From assembly GCA_024346625.1 (NCBI GenBank), contig AP024667.1, positions 248,001-312,000 of the forward strand: a stretch of DNA of 64,000 nucleotides, read 5' to 3'. The position numbers were made by a program, and so were the translations under genes. Below the pieces are notes generated by a model. That model searched no databases, was not told the origin of the DNA, and saw only the letters and a program-made list of their open reading frames with translations. This document shows positions 55,867 through 64,000 of the stretch, one piece after another. The DNA comes from Williopsis jadinii (Eukaryota). How positions within the stretch are numbered: the stretch's first letter is position 1; each line of letters opens with the position of its first letter.

Positions 55867-57306
55867 ATCTTGGGCTGAACACCATCCATATGAAGAACAG
55901 AGTCTCGTTTCGGTGTTTAACGGTTCGTCACTATCTGTCACCAACTCGAACTCGTTTAGCGAACGGTTTATAGCACGGCAAACGATGGATTTCAGCCGAA
56001 GTGTGTCACAGCTTGACGGTATCTTAAATTGGACGGTTTTGTTGCCGTGATGTATCTTCACATTGAACAAGTCCTCGTGCTTGGAACTTTCATTCGAATT
56101 ATCTGTAGAACGGCCATACTTGGCACATAGTTCTTTCCATTTAGGATGAGATGTATGCCATTGTGATAACCACCAAAGCTCTGCGTTCTCTCTCTCCTTC
56201 TCTGTGATGTCATGTCCGTTGATTCTTTCCAGACTCGATATCCTGGATATTATCTCAAACTCTGCCTCTTCAATGGGGATCGATGCAAACAACGGGTTGT
56301 TGTTTATCCTCAGCCTTGTTAAGCGTGGGTAGTGTGTCGAGATGGAGTCAATTTCATCCCAATGGCTGATGTAGTTATGCCTCAGATCTAAGGATTGTAA
56401 GCTGTGATGCACTGTTAGCGTCGTTATCGTTTCGATCTCATTGAAACTCAAGTTCAAGCTCTTCAAGGTGTGCGGCACTGGTGGGATCTGGGTGATTCTG
56501 TTCATCGACAGATCCAGGCTACGAAGCGGCATCTGTCCAATCTCATCATTTACACAGGTCATCGCATTATCACACAGAACCAATTCCTCCAAGGTTGGTA
56601 AACACCGATGGATTGACTTCATGATATCGCCGCCTGGGTATGTCATTGTCATATTGAGACTCACAAGGGGCACTGTGCACATGGCTTCGCAAGGTTTGTC
56701 GTCAAACCTGTTCCCAGTGAGGTTCAGCTTCTGTATAGAGGGAAGGCACTCTATGAACGATAGCACGTTGGTGAACGATTCCAACAGGTTGAAGCTCAAG
56801 TCGAGCGACACCAGCTTCGGCAGCTGAATAGCAGAATCCAACTCATAGACACACATTCTAGCCAGCGAAACCACCCTTAGCACGTCAAACTGCGACTGTA
56901 ACTTATCGAACCCAACGATCTCAACTCGCTTCTTCCCGATCTTCACCTCGTCAACATTGGCGCTGTCGCCATACTGATACATCAGTGCGGTCGATAGCAG
57001 CCTCTTCTCGTCGACTCGACACTTTGAGAGCTTCAGAAAGGACCCGCTCTGGCGCCGTGTAACGTCAAACAACTTATCACCATTGTATTCACCATCGTTC
57101 TTTCCAGCCCTCTCGTCCCACTCGACGCCAACGGCAGTATCATCTGGCCAACAGGGCAGCGAACCCAGGTACTTCACAGTGCACAATTCGCCCTTGATCG
57201 ACAGTCTCTGGTTCAGATGAATATCTCTGCCCACGGTATTCTCCACGACGCTGCCCATGGTGCTCTCCACGGTGCTCTCCACGGTGCTCTCCACGGTGCT
57301 GTCCAT
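55846..57306 (-). CDS. PAC2: Tubulin folding cofactor E (CAP-Gly, LRR, UBL)
   Basis: GVEWD..GKNDG..SGSFLK CAP-Gly domain, LRRs, ERENAE and a C-terminal ubiquitin-like domain. The start may be the second ATG. Confidence 0.9.
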   Translation of the reverse strand: MDSTVESTVESTVESTMGSVVENTVGRDIHLNQRLSIKGELCTVKYLGSLPCWPDDTAVGVEWDERAGKNDGEYNGDKLFDVTRRQSGSFLKLSKCRVDEKRLLSTALMYQYGDSANVDEVKIGKKRVEIVGFDKLQSQFDVLRVVSLARMCVYELDSAIQLPKLVSLDLSFNLLESFTNVLSFIECLPSIQKLNLTGNRFDDKPCEAMCTVPLVSLNMTMTYPGGDIMKSIHRCLPTLEELVLCDNAMTCVNDEIGQMPLRSLDLSMNRITQIPPVPHTLKSLNLSFNEIETITTLTVHHSLQSLDLRHNYISHWDEIDSISTHYPRLTRLRINNNPLFASIPIEEAEFEIISRISSLERINGHDITEKERENAELWWLSQWHTSHPKWKELCAKYGRSTDNSNESSKHEDLFNVKIHHGNKTVQFKIPSSCDTLRLKSIVCRAINRSLNEFELVTDSDEPLNTETRLCSSYGWCSAQDLHVKIP

Positions 57307-57307
57307 G
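57239..57307. repeat. 12-nt tandem repeat (ggtgctctccac) in the PAC2 5' coding region, encoding STVE repeats
   Basis: About 3 near-perfect units plus degenerate flanking copies. Confidence 0.75.
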
Positions 57308-57726
57308 GTACTGTGCTCCCTTCAATGTGGGCTCTCCCTCTAGAACAGTGAAGTCCATTTCCGCCTAGCGAGATGATCTTCTGCCTAGCGAATATCCACG
57401 TCTCTGTTCAGAACCACCCCCCCTCCCGCCTAGAGCCCACAGGCTATGCCCCCAGCACGGCCCCCAGCCTACACGAAAAGCTCTCCTTCTACGCAGCCCA
57501 CGCGTCCAGCCCACGCGCCCTGCTTAGCCCCGCCTACACGGTCCCACCTGAAACAGCACAGTGGAAAAATGCAAAAAAATTTAGGCAGGGAGCCCGTTGC
57601 GAATCTCATTTTACACTGCTCAACGATACCGTCTCAATCGGCTCATTCATACTGTTTCAAATCAAGGAGAAGGTTGGTACCGTTGGTGGACGAACGAGTA
57701 GGCTGGAGTAGCTTGACGCTGGAACG

Positions 57727-59673
57727 ATGAAAACACTGAACTTTAGGGCAATTGGTGAAACTGTCTACACCATTCTACCCTTTATTATCATCGCTCTACT
57801 ATGGGACCACCATAACAAGATGCAAAACGATGACCACTATTACACACCAGATATACCAAATTCCGTGCAGTGTTCAGCGCCGGAATGGGACGGGCTGGAC
57901 GTTGAGTTCTACGACTTGGCTCAGTTCGGGTCGTCTGCTCATGGCTGGCAGAACAATGAAAGAGTGCTGTTCCTGGTTCCCTTGAGAGATGCGTCTGCTC
58001 ATCTGCCAATGTTCTTTGAACACCTCAGGAACATGACATATCCGCACCATTTGATAGATTTGGCGTTTCTGATCTCTGACACCACTGATAGTACGCTGGA
58101 GGACCTGGAGCATCACCTGGAAGAGGTGCAGTCTGCTCCTGGCCTGGCGTTTGGACGTGTTGAGATCTACGAGAAGGACTTTGGACAGATTGTCGGGCAG
58201 AGCTTCAGCGACCGTCACGGCTTTGAAGCACAGGGACCAAGACGTAAGAAGATGGCGATTGCAAGAAACTGGCTGCTGACCACTGCCTTGAAACCTGACC
58301 ATTCTTGGGTGTATTGGAGGGACATTGACGTGGAAACTGCACCTGCCACGATCCTCGAAGATTTGATGCACCATGACAAAGACGTCATAGTGCCAAACAT
58401 CTGGAGACCTCTTCCAGAATGGTTGAACAACGAACAGCCATACGACCTGAACTCGTGGCAAGAGAGTGAAGGAGGGATAGAGCTGGCAGAACGCCTGGAT
58501 GAGGATGCGGTCATAGTGGAAGGGTATCCTGAATATGCCACTTGGAGACCACATCTGGCCTATCTCAGGGATCCAGACGGTGATCCAGAAGTTGAGATCG
58601 AGTTGGACGGTATCGGTGGTGTTTCCATATTGGCAAAGGCCTCTGTCTTCAGACACGGTGCGATGTTCCCTGCTTTTTCCTTTAAGAAGCACGCCGAGAC
58701 CGAAGCCTTTGGTAAGCTGTGCAAGACCATGGGCTTCCAGGTTGTCGGGTTGCCTCACTATGTCATTTGGCACATCTATGAGCCTTCGACGGCTGATTTA
58801 AAGCACATGGAGTGGATGGCAAGTGAAGAACTGAGACACCAGGAGATGCTCAAGAACAAGGAGGCCTTTGACAGAGCTTGGGAGTTTGCATTTGAAGATG
58901 TCAATGAAAAATGGCACCAGGAGAAGTTTGACATGTTCAAGAATAATGATCTTTCCAAATTGCAAATAGGCCGTGTACACTGGGACGAGGTGGACGAATA
59001 CCTTGTTGAGATGTATGAAGATGAGTTCGATGAAGACGAAATAGACGGCAGTGAATTTCTCTTGGACTTTGACTTGAAGCAAAGTAAGGAGTTTGAGAAA
59101 CAGGTGTTGAACCAGCTGAGCAGTATTCCAAGAACTTTTGGTCAGAGTAAGTACGAAATCATGTATGACGACTTCAACAACGCCGATGGTACAAACAAGC
59201 CCAAGAAGAAGATCTTTAAGAAGTTCAAAGACCCATACATTCCAGGTACAGACAATGAGAATGATCAAGTCAATGATGATGATAAAGATGAAGGCGAGGA
59301 CTCTGGTACTTACGACTTGAACTCTGATAAAGTCGTTGACCAATCCAACTCGAGAGCATCAAGAGCCAAGGATAGTGAGGCTGATTTGCACAAGGATAAG
59401 GAACTCTTCGATGCATTGGAGGAAGGTGCTGATGCTGATGCTGAAGATGAAGGTGAATTGGAATTTAAGGAACAAAGACCAATTGAAGAGGCTGTGAAAG
59501 CCCCTGCGAAGAAAACCTCCAAGGAGCCAATGAAGAGTAAGGTGAAGAAATCAAACCAACAGAGAACCATCCGTACTTTGTACGAGATTGATGAAGATGG
59601 CAATACAGTTGCAACGGTGTTACACACTATACGTCCAGCTGCCACGAATACACCGGTTGATGTGAACAATTGA
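57727..59673 (+). CDS. ANP1: Golgi mannan polymerase II subunit (GT62)
   Basis: Type II TM, PLRDA, MTYPHHLIDLAF, ARNWLL, WRDIDVE, YDLNSW and HAETEAFGK, with a long acidic tail. Confidence 0.9.
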   Translation: MKTLNFRAIGETVYTILPFIIIALLWDHHNKMQNDDHYYTPDIPNSVQCSAPEWDGLDVEFYDLAQFGSSAHGWQNNERVLFLVPLRDASAHLPMFFEHLRNMTYPHHLIDLAFLISDTTDSTLEDLEHHLEEVQSAPGLAFGRVEIYEKDFGQIVGQSFSDRHGFEAQGPRRKKMAIARNWLLTTALKPDHSWVYWRDIDVETAPATILEDLMHHDKDVIVPNIWRPLPEWLNNEQPYDLNSWQESEGGIELAERLDEDAVIVEGYPEYATWRPHLAYLRDPDGDPEVEIELDGIGGVSILAKASVFRHGAMFPAFSFKKHAETEAFGKLCKTMGFQVVGLPHYVIWHIYEPSTADLKHMEWMASEELRHQEMLKNKEAFDRAWEFAFEDVNEKWHQEKFDMFKNNDLSKLQIGRVHWDEVDEYLVEMYEDEFDEDEIDGSEFLLDFDLKQSKEFEKQVLNQLSSIPRTFGQSKYEIMYDDFNNADGTNKPKKKIFKKFKDPYIPGTDNENDQVNDDDKDEGEDSGTYDLNSDKVVDQSNSRASRAKDSEADLHKDKELFDALEEGADADAEDEGELEFKEQRPIEEAVKAPAKKTSKEPMKSKVKKSNQQRTIRTLYEIDEDGNTVATVLHTIRPAATNTPVDVNN

Positions 59674-59838
59674 ACAGTTTTAAATCTCAAGCGTTCCTCT
59701 GAGTTGAGTTGATAGAACGATAGTGCTAGCTTGATTACACAGTTTGTATTGGTTTGGCTCATGATGTATTGATGTTTATTATCTAACGTTAATGATCATT
59801 TCGTAATTATTTCATTCTGTAACACTAGTTTGGGGGCT

Positions 59839-61554
59839 TTAATCGTTTATCTCATCTCTAATTTCATTCCATAGCCAACCTCTCCAGAGTTCACCTGCAC
59901 TCTTTAGAACTTTGTTGAAATCGTTTGTTGAACTGTCAGAGGACAACTCCACTTGAGAATCTGAATGGAAAACACACGGTGGTAATCTATTCAAGAACTC
60001 TGCAATTTCCACTTGGTCCAACTCCAACAGTTTGCCTTCATTCCTCTGTAAAATTGCAACGTATACAAAGGTCATCTGTAGTTGGTAATCGATTTGACAC
60101 CATTTCAACTCGTTTGCTTCTCCTGGCTTGTACCAAAAGATATCCGAACTCAAATCCACGTTCTTCGTGTCTATGAGATCCAAATCCACGTCGTATAACT
60201 TTTTGAATCTTTTCAACACCTTGGCACTATCATGGTACTCATCAGCAAATTGGTTGTAATGATATCTAAAGCCGAGTAAGAGATCCCATAATCTACCTCT
60301 ATCAAATTTGTTCAATGCTTTTGCACCGCAGTATTTTAGCCACCAGGTGAGCCATTGGCTATGCTTGTTTGAGTTATTATTCAGCATGTCATCTTCCGAT
60401 AACGATCTGTACAACTCTGGTAACAATTTGGCAAATGCCACCAGGAAAAATTGGACCCTTGTCTCGATCTTACCTGTTTTGAACAACAGCTCCTGTTGAT
60501 TTAATGAGTTTGAGGAAATGAGATCTGTAATGGTCTTTGTAGGGTGGAGTTCCTCCAGAGTTTCTATGGAGCCTCTTCTAAGCTCAACTAATGGACCACC
60601 ATCTTTCTCCTCCTTCGAGTGTAACAGCACAAGGACAAGCCTTTCATAAACTTCTGCAAAAGTCATGAGCTGTGCGTTTTCATCGAGTGTGCTCATTGAA
60701 TGATGATCGAGTACAAATTCCTCCTCCGTAGCCAGAGTACCACTGTCTTCAGTGTACTCGTTCAACTGTGTCAGGTGTCTGTTCAACGGATCATTCTTGT
60801 TGATACAGTCTCTGCCAATCAACACATAGTTTGAATTTGGGATCGGTGGGAACCACTCAGCAAGGCCCAGTGCGATCCATGCGAAACCAGAGTCGTACTT
60901 CGTTATCGCTCCCCATTTGTTAAAGAACTTGTATATCGCAGCCTCCAATATACGCACAATTTCGTCCTCTACTGGCGAAGGGGAGTTGCCGTTGTTGTTA
61001 TCCATGGAATTGGGAGAGCTCGAGCCAGAAGGAACGTTCTCCTCAGCTTTAGTCCTTACTCTAAAGTACTTCAGCAGTTCTCTTCTAATCTTCCCGTCCG
61101 CCGGCAGCTGTGCATCTTCATCATTCTCAACGTTCGGGCTGATGAATGGGCTTATCACATACGGGTGGTACTTCAACAGCACTGGCCATACACGACGTCT
61201 GAGCGTTGGCGGCACACCGCGTTGTCTAGCAAGGAGCGCCAGCCCAGCGTGGTTATTCGTCTTCAGATAGTGTAAGCACAGCAGTATCACGTCTCTGTTA
61301 CCAGACTCATCCTCGCTTCCGTGTCTTCTTCTCTTACCCGCGGCGCCACTTGCCGCCGTGTGTGTGTTGTTGTTGTTGTTGTTACCCGCTAGCGGCGTTG
61401 TAGGCCTCGAACTCCGTGTGGCTTGCTCTTGCTTACCGTCACTCGAAACCGAGGACGCAATGCTATCAGACTCTTCTCTGTACAGCGAATTCGCACCATT
61501 TGAGATGGTTGTCGTCAGCGTGGAAGTGCTCGACTGTGTAGGGTAAATCTCCAT
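59839..61554 (-). CDS. OCA5: Oca5-like TBC-fold protein
   Basis: NNHAGLALLARQRGVPPTLRRRVWPVLLKYHP, WIALGLAEW, WWLKYCG, DRGRLWD and AGELWR. First ATG at 61554. Confidence 0.8.
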   Translation of the reverse strand: MEIYPTQSSTSTLTTTISNGANSLYREESDSIASSVSSDGKQEQATRSSRPTTPLAGNNNNNNTHTAASGAAGKRRRHGSEDESGNRDVILLCLHYLKTNNHAGLALLARQRGVPPTLRRRVWPVLLKYHPYVISPFISPNVENDEDAQLPADGKIRRELLKYFRVRTKAEENVPSGSSSPNSMDNNNGNSPSPVEDEIVRILEAAIYKFFNKWGAITKYDSGFAWIALGLAEWFPPIPNSNYVLIGRDCINKNDPLNRHLTQLNEYTEDSGTLATEEEFVLDHHSMSTLDENAQLMTFAEVYERLVLVLLHSKEEKDGGPLVELRRGSIETLEELHPTKTITDLISSNSLNQQELLFKTGKIETRVQFFLVAFAKLLPELYRSLSEDDMLNNNSNKHSQWLTWWLKYCGAKALNKFDRGRLWDLLLGFRYHYNQFADEYHDSAKVLKRFKKLYDVDLDLIDTKNVDLSSDIFWYKPGEANELKWCQIDYQLQMTFVYVAILQRNEGKLLELDQVEIAEFLNRLPPCVFHSDSQVELSSDSSTNDFNKVLKSAGELWRGWLWNEIRDEIND

Positions 61555-62602
61555 TGAATAAGCACCAATTTTATAATCTTGTGAGTGGTTCTCTAAAGGT
61601 CGTGTGGGCTCTTTCACTTGAAAATCCCCAACAATGATTTCTACTTCCTCTCAGACTGCTCCGTTCTCTCTCTGCTTGGGAAGCTTGTCGAAAACGGGTA
61701 TCACAGAGTTTTTCCCTGGTGCTGTGAGCTTGGTTGGATCCACGGCCTGGATTTGCCTTCTTGTACTTCAAACAGTTATGAGGTGAGAAGAATGATGGGT
61801 TTTATGGAACGAGAAACCCAGCGCATATAAAATCAAAATAGACAAATTTTTACCCGCTTTCCTGGTTTTTCCGCCTTCTGTCCACACTTTATTTTTTTTT
61901 CTTTTTATTTCTGTTTTTCGTTCAATTTGTCGTTTGTTTTGTTTGTTTTGTTTGTCTTTCTTTGGCTTTGTGTTTTCGCATTTGCACAGGCTCAAGTTTT
62001 TCCGTCTCCCTGTGACCATCTTTTTTTTGGCTGGAGTGATCATCTAATCCTGCTAAAGTTGGAAATTATGGAGGAGCACTCAGACCTGTGTTAATGGGAT
62101 GCTTCACCGGAATTCACCTCGTGTATTACGGGTTCTGATAACAATCCTCAATGTCACAGGAACAGTGGTATATTGCAATGTGTGTGTGTGTGTGTCCTTG
62201 CCTTATCTCACATGCAATTCCATAGACACATTGGCGCTGTGTTCCTGGTTGATTTCAGTATCACCAGTTTTCCCTTTGGGTCATTTGTTCCCTTTTTGCC
62301 TTTTGGCATGTTGGAATGAGCTCCGGCTCCCAGCACGCTAAATCCGGCGGTGTTAAGGCAGAGATTTCCCAGATGGCCTGAACCGCCGGCTCCAGGGGCC
62401 CCAACGCGGGAGGGCTGCTTGGAGCTGGCGTGTGCGTTATGATATTATACTGGAATGACAAATAAAAACTATGGCCCCCCATGCCCATCAAAACGGTTGT
62501 ATATCTTCTATTGCAAGACCAAATGAAGTACTGTAAATTGTACTCCACAATCAGCCGAGTAACCTGCTCTGGGTGGTTGGAATTTGAGAAAAAAAAGTTA
62601 AG

Positions 62603-62675
62603 TGCTTCCACTCAGAGTCGAACTGAGGATCGCTACATTACTAGTGTAGCGCCTTACCAACTTGGCCATAGAAGC
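62603..62675 (-). tRNA. tRNA-Thr (anticodon AGT), intronless
   Basis: GCTTCTATGGCCAAGTTGGTAAGGCGCTACACTAGTAATGTAGCGATCCTCAGTTCGACTCTGAGTGGAAGCA folds as a cloverleaf. T8 Pol III terminator at 62589-62596. Confidence 0.96.
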
Positions 62676-62896
62676 TTCTTAACTGTTGATGAGGGCCTCA
62701 CTGAAAGTCATATTTGCATTCACAAAACAGTTTGATATTACCAAAATCTACTGTTTAATATGAACCATGGTACTACTTTTCAATATGACCCATGAAACTA
62801 CGTCTCATTCACGAATAAATGTGTTTGTTTGTATATATAACTTCTAGCATACATAGCTGTTGCCCTTTTTCCAACTTATCCTCCCATTTAGCACAG

Positions 62897-64000
62897 TTAG
62901 ACCGAGAAATCTTCATCATCATCGTCATCATCAACAACAAAACTGTCAAGATCATCATCATCGGAGATATCAAAGGTATAGTTCTTCTTTTGTGCACCTC
63001 TCGAAGCCCTTGATCTCGAAGCAAGTGGAACAGTATCCTCTTCAGGTGAACCGCCAAGCATTTCAACGTCATCGTCATCATCATCGAGGACTCCACTATC
63101 GTCTTCATCATCACTGAGCACACTGGTTTTCTTCTTGCTTCTACCAGCTGTGGTCTTTTTAGGTGCAGCAGATTTGGCCTTTGCAGGCTTCTTAACAACC
63201 GTCTTGTTGATAATTTTCTTACCTGTTTTCGGTTTTACAGCTTCAGCAACAGGTTCATCATCGTCATCAATGTTGAAGACGCTCGTGTTCTGGTCTTCCT
63301 CGTGGTCACTATCCAGGGAGAAAACACTTTCCTTCTTTGGTGTTCCAAATATCGTGGATCCCTTACCGAAAAAAGTCTTGAACTCAGGTTCTTTCTTCGT
63401 CTCTTCCTCAACCTTGACCTCCTGTTTTACCTCTTCCTTTTTGACCTTTAATGAATCAAGAGTAGATTGTTTGGGGCCTGTAGATCTTTCTCTAGAAGCT
63501 GGCTCTTTCTTGACTTTCGGTGGGACATAATCAGGAATTGGAATCAATTCACCTTTAACGTTTGCAAACTTATCCTCGTCTTTCTTGCCCTTCTTGGTTT
63601 TCTTCTTAGGACCTGACCCCCAGTCATCATCGGCATCATTGGCTCTCTTCCGGGTATTCTTCTTCTTCTTACCGGTGACTAATTGTGTTCTCTTTGCTTC
63701 ATCTTCAATGAGAAATTGTCTCCATGATGACAAGAAATCGTCCAGATCTTTGTTCCAAATATCCTTTGGCGTCAACTTCAAAAGCTCCGTAAGTTCATCC
63801 TCTTTGGTAGCCTTTTGATCAAGAATCTTTTGGTATCTCTCAAGTGTCAAAGACCAGATTGGCATACCCAACAAATAATCAAAGCTGGAAATAACGTTGT
63901 CTTGCTTATGTATGTTGGCATCCTCATCGTCGACTTCATCACTATCGTCATTCTCATCAACCTCCAACATTGACTCATCATGAGTGATATCATCGATATC
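62897..64000 (-). CDS. TOP2: DNA topoisomerase II, C-terminal part (5' truncated by window)
   Basis: FDYLLGMPIWSLTLER..IWNKDLDDF followed by the charged low-complexity C-terminal domain. Confidence 0.92.
   Translation of the reverse strand, partial: DIDDITHDESMLEVDENDDSDEVDDEDANIHKQDNVISSFDYLLGMPIWSLTLERYQKILDQKATKEDELTELLKLTPKDIWNKDLDDFLSSWRQFLIEDEAKRTQLVTGKKKKNTRKRANDADDDWGSGPKKKTKKGKKDEDKFANVKGELIPIPDYVPPKVKKEPASRERSTGPKQSTLDSLKVKKEEVKQEVKVEEETKKEPEFKTFFGKGSTIFGTPKKESVFSLDSDHEEDQNTSVFNIDDDDEPVAEAVKPKTGKKIINKTVVKKPAKAKSAAPKKTTAGRSKKKTSVLSDDEDDSGVLDDDDDDVEMLGGSPEEDTVPLASRSRASRGAQKKNYTFDISDDDDLDSFVVDDDDDDEDFSV

Noticed and set aside
62178..62196. (TG)n microsatellite, and (CAA)n tracts at ~48256-48293 and ~61365-61383
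   Set aside because: Ordinary simple repeats (poly-Gln in VSB1, poly-Asn in OCA5).
62290..62310. TTTGCCTTTTGGC resembling the 5' end of U2 snRNA
   Set aside because: It is not followed by the AGATCAAGTGTAGTA branch-pairing region.
1..64000. CRISPR array or prokaryotic operon/defence system
   Set aside because: This is eukaryotic DNA with spliceosomal introns, and no repeat-spacer structure was seen.

Overview
Gene-dense 64 kb segment of a budding-yeast (Saccharomycotina) chromosome. CUG is read as Leu (CTG codons at conserved Leu positions, e.g. Cct6 QLLN). A class-2 mitochondrial DHODH (URA9) and a complex I subunit are present and introns are short, which fits a Phaffomycetaceae-like yeast such as Cyberlindnera (inference, not proven). 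About 33 protein genes are supported, mostly housekeeping (CCT6, MAP1, CDD1, URA9, GET2, DLD2, AIR1/2, THS1, SEC28, SUA7, NUG1, APL4, YOP1, YND1, HOM3, CBR1, VSB1, TPO2/3, TMA20, PAC2, ANP1, OCA5, 3' end of TOP2). There is also a U4 snRNA and a tRNA-Thr(AGT), which the ORF track cannot show. Eight spliceosomal introns were reconstructed by hand. Notable items: a >6 kb stretch with no credible gene at the left end (candidate regional centromere or decayed DNA); a co-oriented array of Rap1-like/telomere-like sites between YND1 and HOM3; a tandem pair of divergent GNAT genes inserted in a conserved synteny block; an orphan pseudokinase; and four single-base deletions in HOM3/VSB1 that are probably assembly errors. 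No new biological system can be demonstrated from the sequence alone, so the candidates are ranked as hypotheses.
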